From NCBI GenBank assembly GCA_963796965.1, contig CAWCNS010000004.1, positions 896,001 through 960,000 on the forward strand: a stretch of DNA of 64,000 nt, read 5' to 3'. The stretch comes from Calditrichia bacterium (GTDB taxonomy: Bacteria; Calditrichota; Calditrichia; JAJRVZ01). Numbering within the stretch: the stretch's first letter is position 1; each line of letters starts with the position of its first letter. The notes below the pieces were generated by a model. That model ran no database searches. It was not told where the DNA came from and worked only from the letters and a program-made list of their open reading frames with translations. A program made the translations under genes and the position numbers. Shown here piece after piece: positions 1-11,523 of this stretch.

Positions 1-170
1 CAACTTAGGGAAGATATTAGATATCATTTAAGCAAACAAAACGTGTAAAAATCATTGCTAAACTCCTTATTTTTCAATATATTATACTCCAACATTTTTT
101 AATTCTTTAAACATGACATAATATATGGACTCACCAATATTTTATTTAAATTTGGTACTTGTGACTTAAA

Positions 171-184
171 TTGATAACGATCAC
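171..184. promoter_or_regulatory. Possible CRP/FNR-family binding site
   Basis: TTGAT-AACG-ATCAC, one mismatch from the FNR consensus TTGAT-N4-ATCAA, in an AT-rich non-coding region; could be chance. Confidence 0.25.
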
Positions 185-479
185 ATCATTGATAATGGAG
201 ATAAAGTAGATTTACCTGTTATTCAGGTTAAGAATATGAGCGAATGTAATATGCCAAATCATAAGAATGGATGTTATTTGATTTGAGGACTATGCCGACA
301 GAGTATTTTATAGCACATATGTAATTTCCGGTTTGTGTATTTCCGGTGCAGATGTATCAAATATAGATTAATGAGCATCTAAATATTATAACAGTTTAAA
401 GAAATGATAGATAGGAACAATAAAATTAGAAATTACTAAAATTATTAATAATACTTGCCGAATATTAGAATAATCATGG

Positions 480-513
480 ATTATCATTTTGAGAATATTC
501 TCAGAATGAGAAT
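480..513. promoter_or_regulatory. Tandem palindromic enhancer-like sites (putative sigma54 bEBP UAS)
   Basis: ATTATCA-TTT-TGAGAAT (480-496) and perfect palindrome ATTCTCA-GAA-TGAGAAT (497-513); a matching pair recurs at 11122-11156. Confidence 0.55.
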
Positions 514-592
514 CTAAAAATTTATGCCATGAAAATGATTTATTGTCGATAACTCTTATAAATATAATAAGATAAATGTATAAATATTTCTT

Positions 593-607
593 TGGCATGA
601 TAGTTGA
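593..607 (+). promoter_or_regulatory. sigma54-like -24/-12 promoter
   Basis: TGGCATG-ATAG-TTGA vs consensus TGGCACG-N4-TTGC; ~45 nt upstream of the inferred ATG at 653; the -12 element is imperfect. Confidence 0.45.
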
Positions 608-652
608 GATAAAATTATTAATGAATAATATATTTTGGGGGTTATATAGACA

Positions 653-3600
653 ATGAAAGAATTTTACATTAAAAAATATTTAAAGTATTCCTTCGGTATA
701 TTAACTTTGGTTTTTATGCTGCTAATGTCAGTAACCTTCTTGCAGTAGGGCCAGTGACTGTAACGGTTATTCCCGATACGACGAATAACTATGCGGAATA
801 TCAGATTTCAACATCGATTACGGGCAACGGTAAGAGCAATGATCTGGCCCAGGGTGTCGATTATGTCTATGTGCAATTTGATACGGCTACGGTACTTCCT
901 TCTTCTATTTCGGCGTCACTGATCTCGATTAATGGACTACCATTAAATTCTGCGCCTTCAATAGCCGATCAAACGATTAGTATGCTGGTACCAGTTAATA
1001 TTGAGAATGACGGAAATCCCGAGATTAACATTGTTATTTCTGCCAGTGCTCAGATCAAAAATCCGGGTGATTCAGGTAGCCATTCTCTAAACATCTGGAC
1101 GACAGGTTCAACGGATGATGATCCTCCTGGGGTCGGAACCTATACCTTATATCTGTCTTCATCTACTGTGTCAGTCGCTTCGGTTACGCCAAATCCATCG
1201 GTTGCCGATGAGAATGCTTCCTATAATGTTTCCTTTAATGTCGGCAATGGGGGCTTTCTTACAGCAAATGTCAGCTCTATAGTACTCGCCTTTGACCCTG
1301 ATACAGATGTGCCGACCGGAAGCCTCTCAGGGGTAACTGTAAATAGTACAGCAGCGACCGCTGTCGCCAGCAATGATACGGTGGTGATTACATCTCCGGT
1401 AAATATTGATAATGATGGATCTGTTCAGGTCGTGTTTGCCAGTGGGGTCGGATTAAAGAATCCTGTTACAGCAGGAGATTATACCTTGTCCGTGAGCACA
1501 AGTTCGGAACCAACCTTTGTTTCGTCCGAATCTTATACCATATCACCGTTCGGGCAATTGTCAATTTCTGCAATTTCCTCCAAACCAGATACCGTTAATC
1601 AATCTGGTGAATTTGCATTTGATTTACGTACCGGATCTTCCGGAGCCCTGACAGGTGAAAGTGATGGCTTGACAGTGATTTTTGAGCCTAATACATATCT
1701 CCCAGGGACTATTTCATCTGGAAATATTTCAATCTTTACAAATGGCAACGGTTATAATGCTTATTCTGTTTCTGTAAGCAACTCGGATCCAACTGATGAA
1801 GATACAGTGGCAATTGTAACACCTTATGATATTCCGGCCTCTTCAGATGTGACGATTACGTTTAATTCATCTGCCGGGTACCAAAATCCATCGGTAGCAG
1901 GAAATTATGTTATCAAATTATATACGAGCGTTGAAACAACGCCAGTCACCTCAAATTCCTTTTCGATTTTCGCAACAACGACTCAAGTCTCAGAGGCTCT
2001 TGTAACACCGGTTAGTAGTGATCCCAATATAAATAGTTCATATGAAATGGAATTTACACTCGGCTCAAAAGGAAGGCTTAAGGCCGGTACAAGTACTGTC
2101 ACGGTTTCGTTCCCATCGGGTTACACTGTAAGTGGAACTGCCGCAAACTATGATTCTACCTATATTACCATTGCCGGGGGCAGTCCGATTAAGATTGACG
2201 AAACCTCGCAAATTGCTGCGAATGCCACGAACAGAACGGTACAAATTACAGTACCTGATAATGCTTTAACGGAAAACAATAATAGTATCAACCTATTTAT
2301 AGGAGGAGAGGTAGGTAATACCACCATAACAAATCCAACGACCGAAGGAACGTATCAGGTTGCTGTCAATACCAGTGTCGAAACCGGCACAGTCCAATCA
2401 ACATCATTTAGCATCGGGGGGACGTCGATTGACATCCTGAGTATCGCACGCAATGACTCAACAGTTAACAGTACCTCGTCTTATGATTTCTATCTGGACA
2501 TCCAGACCCAGCTTAATAAAAACAATAATGATTATATAAAAATAGTTTTTCCTTCCGGTACCATATTACCAGAAACGATTAATATAGCCAATATGAGTAT
2601 TGATGGGGATCAGCCGAAGACACCAATAAACGTAAATACTGAAACAAGAACCATTACTGCTAGAGTGTCGACTTCCATTAACCCAGACAATCCTCAATAT
2701 GATCCTTTTCATGTTATAATTAGCGAAGCTGCTGGAATTATTAATCCGTCAGTACCTAGCTCAACATTTTACAGATACACACTTTATACCAGTAAAGATA
2801 CAAAACTTGTCACCTCAGATTATTATCAAATGGTAAGTAGTGACAGTTCGGTATCGAATGTTTCAGCATCAGCAAGTCCTGCTGTCGTCAACATTTCTAA
2901 TGTGGCCTATACGATAAATTTTACAACGTCGTCAATAGGTCGTTTAATCGGTGGAGCTGCTGCTGGATCAAGCACGATTACGGTTGATTTTGATAACGCC
3001 ACAATTGTGCCTGCGACAATCACTGCCGGTAATGTTGAAGTTAATTCAGTTCCCTGTCAAAACGTGACCGTTGATGCCAGCGGCGCAGGAGGTATTGTGA
3101 CGGTAACAGTACCAAATGGTGTAACTATTGAAAACGGTACGAGCGCTACAGTACTATTTAAAAGTACACTTGGATTCGCAAATGCTGATATATCAGATGG
3201 AACGTATACGGTTCAGGTTAAAACGTCTTCTGATGGGATTAACGGATCGGGAAATTATACACTCACGGCATCCCAGGATCTCTTCATTACTTCGGTAACA
3301 CCTTCTCCCTCGCTACAAAATGCCAGTGCTGGTTATTCTGTTGCCTTTACCCTTGGCAGCGGTGGGGCTTTATCTATCGGTGATACCATCAGGATAATTT
3401 TCCCTTCAAACACTTATTTGCCGCAGACGATGAGCACCAGTGATGTCCTGGTTAATGGCAGTAATCCGCCATCAGCGCCGCTGATTTCAGGTCAGACATT
3501 AAAAATAAGAGCACCGGAAATACTTAGTGGATTGGATCCGGTCACGGTTCTGATCAATCAGGTCGCCGGGGTTCTCAACCCAACCACGATTCAGAGTTAT

Positions 3601-5580
3601 ACATTGCAAGTTACAACTGATGCCGAGGCCGGACCATTTACCTCGCCAAGTTATAGTATTACGAAAACTTCAACGACAGTGTCCTCTATAAATGTAATAC
3701 CCAATCCAATTACGCCTTCAGTGGCTGCTGACTATACGGTGGATTATACAACAGGTGCAAACGGACGGCTCATCGCCGGTACCAGTACGATTACGGTTAC
3801 ATTCAATACCCAGACAACGGTCAGCACGACGCCTGGTGATTATGGAAGCACATACATTACAGTGGATGGCAGTCAGACGCAGATACCTACAACGGATATC
3901 ACGATCGTTGGCAAGGCCATTACCATGGTCGTTCCATCTGGTGTCTCTGTTGATAATGGGGATGCAGTTTCCATACTTATTAGCGGAACGAATCCTATCA
4001 CCAATCCGGCAGCTGGTTCATATACATTGCAGGTAAAAACAAGTGTTGAAACCTCAGATATCACTTCAAATTCATATACCATATCCAATGCTCAGGCTGT
4101 AACCGGTATCGTGAACAGTCTGAGTGTAAGCACGGTCAATGCAGAATCGGCTTATGAAATCAGGTTCCGGGCTGCGGTCAGAATTGCCGCTGGTGGTACC
4201 ATCACGGTTACTTTCCCGTCGAACACTTTAGTACCGTCCAGCATGCCAAACGCTACTGTTACGATTGCACACGATGCTTCAAATCCAGATGCAGATACCC
4301 CAAATAATGCTTCAGCGGTATCAACAAATTCATCGACAAGGGTCGTTACGATTACGATTCCGGAAGTAATTGCAGACGTCGCACCGGATTCTGTTATCGT
4401 CCGGTTTTTATCAAGTGCCGGTCTGGAAAATCCTTCCCTCGACGGGAGCAAGACCCTGCAGGTCAAAACAAGTTCTCAAAATGTGAACGGAACATCAGCT
4501 GCTTACACTTTGAACACTACAACTACGACTATACTGAATTTTTCTATCGATGTAACTCCCAGAGAATCTTCAGTTAGTGGTCAGTATACCTACAGCTTTA
4601 CCACAGGTTCTCTCGGACGTCTGGTGGCTGGCACAAGTACAATCCATTTGTTTATTCCCGATGATGCAACCTTTACTCAGGGTGTACCGGCCCTTTCTAA
4701 GGTTACAGTGAATGGAACTGCCGCCCAGGCCCTTACACTAAATACCGGCGCTGGTACTGATCCGGATGAATTAATTGTCACCGTACCCTCCAGTGTTACC
4801 ATTGGAAATTCGACAAATGTTACGGTAATAATTGATGAGACCGCTGGATTGCAAAATGCATCGACAACGACTGCCCTGAATTATTCTGCTTTTACAAGTG
4901 TTGAAACTTCAGGACAGGGAGGCGACTTTTCATTACCTGTTGAGTTGAGTAGTTTTACAGCGGAGAGTGAATCAGGTGTTAATTATCTGGAATGGGTTAC
5001 GGAGAGCGAGTTAGAAAATGCCTATTGGATGATTGAACGTAAAAAAATATCCAAAGAGGAATATAATGCAATCCAGAAAGGCGAAGTAGATGTTAGTATG
5101 GTCGGAAAGCCCTTTGAGGTTTTGGATCATATTGAGGGGCAGGGAAGTATTTCTTTGGAAACCCAATATAGTTATGCAGATTCTCTGGTAGAAGTTGGAT
5201 CTGTTTACGGTTATCGCCTTGCTGATGTATCTTATAACGGTGATGTAACTTACCATGATGTCATCTATGTTGAGGTACAGGCTCCATCAGAATTTGTTCT
5301 GTTCAAAAATTATCCTAACCCATTCAATCCCAGCACAACGATAAAATACAACCTGCCGGTTGAATCAAGAGTTGAATTGAAAATTTACAGCGTGTTGGGT
5401 CAGGAAATCATCACCCTGGTAGATGATATGGAAAAGGCTGGTTATCATCAAATGCAGTGGAATGGAACTACCCGCTATGGCCAGTCTGTTGCCAGTGGTA
5501 TGTATATCCTGGCTTTCAGAGCAAAGGGAAGCGGAGGAAAAGAACATACAAAAATGATGAAGATTCTTCTCATTAAGTAA
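653..5580 (+). CDS. Giant T9SS cargo surface protein, ~1640 aa: signal peptide, 10 Ser/Thr-rich Ig-like modules, LPVEL domain, FlgD-Ig/Por secretion tail (one frameshift near 724)
   Basis: ATG 653 gives MKEFYIKKYLKYSFGILTLVFMLL, which joins ...NVSNLLAVGPVTVTV of the 754 ORF if one A is restored; ~135 aa modules end in NP..G.Y.L.V.TS.E; C-terminus has DFSLPVELSSFTA and NYPNPFNPSTTIKY...VASGMY...KILLIK. Confidence 0.85.
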
Positions 5581-5583
5581 AGA

Positions 5584-5700
5584 TACCTGGTTCTGGGCAC
5601 TTGGTACTCGGTTTCGGGTAAAGACGGGTCAACTTTATTTCAATATTACTTGACAGAAAACCGGGATTGACGCAACTTTTGTTCCCAATTTCCAGTATCT
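5584..5700 (+). repeat. Heptamer-armed intergenic element, copy 1
   Basis: Left arm TACCTGG TTCTGGG CACTTGG TACTCGG TTTCGGG; AAAGACGGGTC (5620-5630); ACTTGACA-N13-GACGCAACTTT (5648-5679); degenerate C-rich right arm. Confidence 0.6.
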
Positions 5701-5714
5701 TCCACTCAAAATCT

Positions 5715-5750
5715 AAAACCTGTCGCAATTTCATGTGGCAGGTTTTTTTT
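5715..5750 (+). terminator. Rho-independent terminator
   Basis: AAAACCTGTCGCA-loop-TGTGGCAGGTTTT followed by a T run. Confidence 0.75.
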
Positions 5751-6007
5751 ATTAAATTTTTATGGTTCAGGATCTTTTATTTAGGTTCTTCGTAATGGAT
5801 AAATGGGCCAAATTCAAGTTATATTTAGCCAGGATTATTTATTTCTTGCTAAGGTAGTAAAGCTTTAACAGTATGTAACCAGTTTTTTTTTCACGAAGTT
5901 CAAGAATGAATCACGAAGTGCCAGGAAGATATATTTATTAGTAGCCATGGGCTGTGGTACGAATAGATAAAGCATGTCGTTTTAGAATTGTGAGTGAAAA
6001 GTTTCGC

Positions 6008-9000
6008 ATGAAATTTATATTTGTAATCCTCATATTAATGCCCACCTTTTTGTTTGCGCTTGAGGAGCCTGAAGTTATTGTATCCCCTGATAGTACAAAT
6101 CAATTTGCCCATTATAGGATAAAAACCAGATTGGATCCACCGGCGCCCTGGATTCAGGTCGAGGCAAATATCGATAGTATTATTATCGAATTTAATGCCA
6201 ATACGGTTCTGCCGGATAAAATTATTCCTGCCCTTGTTTCTGTTAATAATATTTCAAGTGGAGGAGTACGGATTACCGGGCAAAGAATGTCCATCTTAGC
6301 ACCAACCGAGTTAAGAAATTATCTGCAAGGAATACAGGATATTACGATTGATATTTCAGCTGAATGTGGTATCCGAAATCCTTCCCGTAAAGGTAGTTAT
6401 AATCTTGAAGTAACATTAATTGACTCGGATGGGACAGTACTTTCCGGACCACATGTTTCAACTGCCTATCTGATTAATATATCCCATTCACGGCTCGGTG
6501 TGTTGGCTGTTTCCTCCACGCCACCGCTTCCCGGTAAACCTGCAGGATACCGGGTATCCTTTAACACAGGTGCATCTGGATATCTCAAAGCCGGATCAGG
6601 TAGGATATCTATCAAATTTGATGATCGGATCAAAGTTCCAAGAGGGACCCTGGCAGGTGTTAAGGTCAATGGAACAGCCGCAATAGCGACCGGAAGTATG
6701 AATACAGCGGTTATAACTACACCTGTTGAAACTAGATAGCCGGAAGACAGTCATGGTCAGTTTCGACCTGGGAACCGGTATCAGGAATCCGGTATCAATG
6801 GGTGAATTTCATCTGGCTGTCAAAACAAGCTCTGAACGCACATATATTAATTCCCCGCCTTTTACAATTTTTGATGGGAATACATTGACTATCTCGGATG
6901 TATCATTAATCCCTGATCGTGCGAACGCAGCAGCCACTTACAAAATAGAATTTAATACGGGGGCTAAAAGCGCTATTGTCGCAAATCATGATACCGTATC
7001 GCTTATTTTTGAAAGAAACACTGGTTTGCCAGATATGATTGTGCCTTCAGATGTTCTCGTGAATGTTGGAGGGTATAGTGATTATGCCGCAGATGTTTGG
7101 ATTTACAATCGTCAGAATACCAATGAAGATACAATATGTTTCATGATGCCTATTGATGCAGAAGTGTTGACAAATATTATGATTAAAATTGATGAGCGTG
7201 CTGGAATTTTAAATCCTTCTGAAATGGGACGATACAAAATTTCTATATTGAGTAATCACCAAACGGAAAAATCATCCTCAAATCCCTATTTTGTAAATCA
7301 GTCTGAGACAAAAATAGGTAAAGCGCATGTAACTCCTGATTCCCTTAGTTTAAATGTTGCGAGTGCTTATGGTATTGGTTTTAGTGTTGGCGCAAATGGT
7401 AGACTCATGCCTGGCAGAAGCAGCATTAATTTATCGTTTTCTGACGAATTTAAATTTAGTCCTTCTGTTGCGGCATTTGACTCTATAAGCCTGTCCATTT
7501 CGAATAGAAATCCCATTTTTATTAATTCTGAAAAGGTTTTAATTGATTACGAGAGAAAGTTAATTAAAATCCAAATCCCGGATTCAATGACGATTGAAAA
7601 TGAGGATTATGTTTATCTGAAAATTGGTGGGGCTGGAATCCGACCGATTGTGAATCCGTCACAAACAGATACGTATTTTATTGCGTTATCAACAAGTGTT
7701 GAGGCTGCACCTGTCTCCTCTCAACTCTTTACAGTCGGTGGAACTTCAGTTACAATCGATGAATTAATTTTAAGTAATTCGATTGTAAATAATCCTTCCG
7801 CATTTACCTTTAATCTCACGACTCAAACCGCTTTAAAACAATCAGATGCTGATTATATTCAAGTTACCTTTCCGCAGAGTACTAAACTTCCGGAGGCAAT
7901 CTCATCGTCAGATATATCCATTAATGGTGTCGAGGCAAGGTCGGTCTCGATTGTTCAATCAACAAAAACAGTTACTGTTACAGTTCCACAGTTTATTATT
8001 GTTGCCGGTGAATCATTATCAATCAGAATTTCAGAAGATGCGGGTATATTAAATCCTGATATACCGTCGGAAACAGCCTATAGAGCAAATCTACGGACAA
8101 GTAAGGATATTACACCGGTTAGAACATCTCCATACTCTATCTCAGGAGGTCATACACGTGTCAGTATAAGTGATGTTTTGGTTGAGCCTGCTGTTAAGAA
8201 TATGAAAAACGTTACATATGATATCCGGCTAGTTACATCTTCAATGGGTAGAATCTCAGGAGGTGTTCTTGACAATACGGGTACTATTACAATCGATTTT
8301 GATACGGTTACTTTTGTTCCTCCTGCTATGAACGCGGGTCATATCCGAATAAATGATAGACTCAGTTCTGATATCCAGGTTCTAAAAGCCGGAACAGGGG
8401 GGCGTGTGAGGGTGTCTCTGCCAAAAGATCTGGAAATCAAAAATAATTCTCCTGTTCAGATATATTTTGAATCTGCAGCTGGTCTGGCTACAAGGGATTT
8501 TTTTGGTGATTTTTGTATAGGGATCAGAACATCCTCAGATACGGTTCTTACGAAAACAAATGGTGAATACCTAATTGAGGAATTAAAGTCACTTGTTGTG
8601 AATTCGGTAGAGGCAAGTTCCTATCTTCAAAACGCCAATTCTGCCTATTCAGTCCGAATCACCACAGGGAGTGAAGGGAAATTGGCTGAAGGTGATAGTA
8701 TCCATCTTGTCTTCCCCACGAGTACTATTTTACCGGCAGCCGTGAATAAACAGGATATAGTTATAAATGGTTATAATCTGAAGGAATTACCTCCTATCAC
8801 AGGTAATATCCTTTCCGTTCCTGTACCCTTCACTATTGAACGCATGTCGCCAATAAGGCTATTGATAAATAAGGGCGCTGGAATTCACAACCCAATTCTT
8901 AGTGGTACATATGCCCTGAAAGTAGCTACGACCTCAGAAAGAGATTTTCTGATCTCTCCAATTTATCGAATTAAACAAACAAGCAGCACAGTTTCAAATA

Positions 9001-10898
9001 TCAGCTTCACAGCAGAACCCGTGACAGTGGGGATGAATGCTGTATATAAGGTGAGTTTTAAGACTGGATCAAATGGCCGACTTCTGAGTGGCGTAAGCAC
9101 AGTTACATTGACATTTGATGAACAGACATTACTTAGTCAATCGATAAGTGACTACGACAGTTCATTTATCTTTGTAAAAAACTCATTAAGTCCTATCCCT
9201 AAAGAAAACTTTGCCATTAGTGGTCCTGTACTTACTTTTATTATACCAAGAACTATTCTGATTGATAATGATGATCAAGTGACCGTTTTTCTTCAAGGAA
9301 AGTCCTCTTCAGGACCGATTCGAAATCCCCAAAAAGCGGGCACATACAGAATTCAGGTTAAAACAAGTGTAGAGAAACATGATATAACCTCAGGTCCATT
9401 AAACATATCGGCTGTTCCTCCGGTCGCAAATGTTAATGCAAAAATTCTGCCCAACATGGTAAACGCGAAAATATCTGCAAGTGTATCGTTCAAAGTTCAA
9501 CGAGAAATCAATAAATCAGATGGTACAATAACCATTACATTTCCCCGGCATACTCTGGTTCCGTCACTGATTCAACCCTTTAACATACGGATTGCCCACG
9601 GAAAACAAAACCCGGATAATTTTTCACCTGTATCAACCATTATTACAAATCAGGCAGAGCGAACCCTAACAGTGACTTCTCCATCAACTATTAATAGGGG
9701 AGATATGGTCAAGATTGAAATCGATTCCAATGCAGGATTTGATAACCCATCGATTCCGGGAAACTATTCACTAAAGGTAAGGACAAATTCCCAGGAAGTT
9801 GATGGCCGGTCTGCCATATACACACTAAAACCTGCTGACACCGAGATTGTTAATTTATCTGTCAACATTGTACCAAATACGCCTGGTGCATATAGTCGTG
9901 TTTCTTACAGTTTTACGACAGGTTCCCGGGGTCGTCTCATCTCAGGCGAAAGCAATATTAGTCTGGTTCTACCAGGTGATAACGTATTTACCCAGGGTGT
10001 ACCTGCGCCTTCTAAAGTTACCGTAAATGGTGTTTCTGCCCATTCACTAAAACTTATAAGTAAGAGCCGACAATCCGCCGATACCCTGATTGTTACAATC
10101 CCAAATTCCGTTACGATAGGCAATGAGACAGATGTTACGATAGTGATTGATTCAACTTCGGGTTTGAAAAATGCCTCGACGACAGCAACATTAACCTATG
10201 CAACATTTACAAGTGTTGAAACTAAGATCCAGGGTGATCATTATTCCTTACCAGTCCAATTGACGAACTTTACCTCAGAGAGCAAATCCGGTTATATCGT
10301 TCTTGAGTGGTTAACTGAAAGTAAACTGGAAGAGGCACAATGGATGATTGAGAGAAAAGAAATATCTCAAATCGATTATGAATCGATTCAAAATGGTCAG
10401 AAGAATATAGAATCGATGGGAAATTCGTTCGAAATATTATCTTATCTTAAGTCAAACAAAAGTATGGATATTCAAACCCGTTATGTGTTTGTCGATTCAT
10501 TAGTTCAGCTCGGTGCTGTCTATGCTTATCGTCTTTCTGATGTAAATGATAATGGAAGAGTTAATCATCATGGCGTACTTTACCAGGATGTTACGCCTGC
10601 CTCGGAATTTCTGCTCTTGCGAAATATTCCAAATCCGTTTAATTCCAGTACGAAAATCAGATTTTATTTACCTGAAGAAGCGGAGGTCGATCTGAAAATA
10701 TATGATCTGGTTGGGCAGGTAATAAGAAGTCTAGCAGATGATGTAGTAAAGAGTGGATTGCATGAAATCGCGTGGAACGCGTCAAACAGAAATGGTAGTC
10801 CCGTAGCCAGTGGGATGTATGTCGTTTCATTCAGAGCAAAAGGTATCCGGACAGAAAAAGAGTATACACAATTGATGAAGATTCTTCTTGTACGCTAG
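6008..10898 (+). CDS. Giant T9SS cargo protein, ~1630 aa, collinear paralogue of 653-5580 (one frameshift near 6731)
   Basis: Signal peptide MKFIFVILILMPTFLFA; ORFs 5954-6739 and 6726-10898 join at ITTPVE/LDSRKTV; same 10 modules; GDHYSLPVQL and NIPNPFNSSTKIRF...VASGMY tail. Confidence 0.85.
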
Positions 10899-10905
10899 AT
10901 CCTCT

Positions 10906-11050
10906 ATCCTGGCCACTTGGTAGGTGGTCCAGGGCTTTCGATTCTTTGCGATTAGTAATTTACACAGGTTTCTGGAAAGTATTATAAATATTCATAGGGA
11001 TACAAAATTCTCATAAAACTACTTGACAACTTGATGGGTTGATCATACTT
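10906..11050 (+). repeat. Heptamer-armed intergenic element, copy 2 (left arm and core)
   Basis: ATCCTGG/CACTTGG/TAGGTGG/TCCAGGG just after the stop codon; core ACTTGACA-N12-GATCATACTTT at 11021-11051. Confidence 0.5.
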
Positions 11051-11106
11051 TCCCCAATCCCCAATCCCCAATCCCCAATCCCCAATCCCCAATCCCCAAT
11101 CCCCAA
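11051..11106 (+). repeat. Perfect heptamer microsatellite (TCCCCAA)8
   Basis: Eight exact copies read directly from the sequence. Confidence 0.97.
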
Positions 11107-11121
11107 ATTTTTCCTCCAAAT

Positions 11122-11156
11122 ACTCTCATTTTGAGACAAAATCTCATTTTTAAACA
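11122..11156. promoter_or_regulatory. Tandem palindromic enhancer-like sites (putative sigma54 bEBP UAS)
   Basis: ACTCTCA-TTT-TGAGACA (11122-11138) and AATCTCA-TTT-TTAAACA (11140-11156); same motif as 480-513. Confidence 0.55.
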
Positions 11157-11245
11157 GATCAGTTTTACTTACACAAATCTCCATCATAACATTAGCGCGC
11201 TATAATATTAATAAAAACAATTAGATAGGACGTGTCCTGATATTG

Positions 11246-11260
11246 TGGCACAGTATATGT
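11246..11260 (+). promoter_or_regulatory. sigma54-like -24/-12 promoter
   Basis: TGGCACA-GTAT-ATGT: strong -24, weak -12; ~90 nt downstream of the tandem UAS. Confidence 0.45.
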
Positions 11261-11523
11261 ATTATAACAGATCAGGAATGGAAAATCATACTAATGTTTT
11301 TAATAATTAGGGCCGAATATAGTATAACCATTGTACAATTAATGGGTTATGCAAAAGTTTAGGTTCAGGGGGAATCACTTATGGATGAAATATTATTTAT
11401 TGTATCTCTAATCTGACTCCATTTTAACGATATAGATTTTTAGACAGGATAAACATAAGAATTCTATCAAATGATAGGATTTAATTATTATAAAATAAGA
11501 CATAAAATATTTTTGAGGTAATC

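Noticed and set aside
386..598. 70 aa minus-strand ORF
   Set aside because: Low-complexity AT-rich translation overlapping the putative enhancer and promoter; no recognisable motif
746..748. TAG readthrough or alternative genetic code in the first cargo gene
   Set aside because: The downstream ORF is in a different frame, so readthrough would not join them; TAG, TGA and TAA all end other genes normally
11051..11106. Heptamer tracts (also 41387, 61556) as CRISPR arrays
   Set aside because: 7-nt tandem units without spacers; no 23-47 nt repeats and no cas genes in the window
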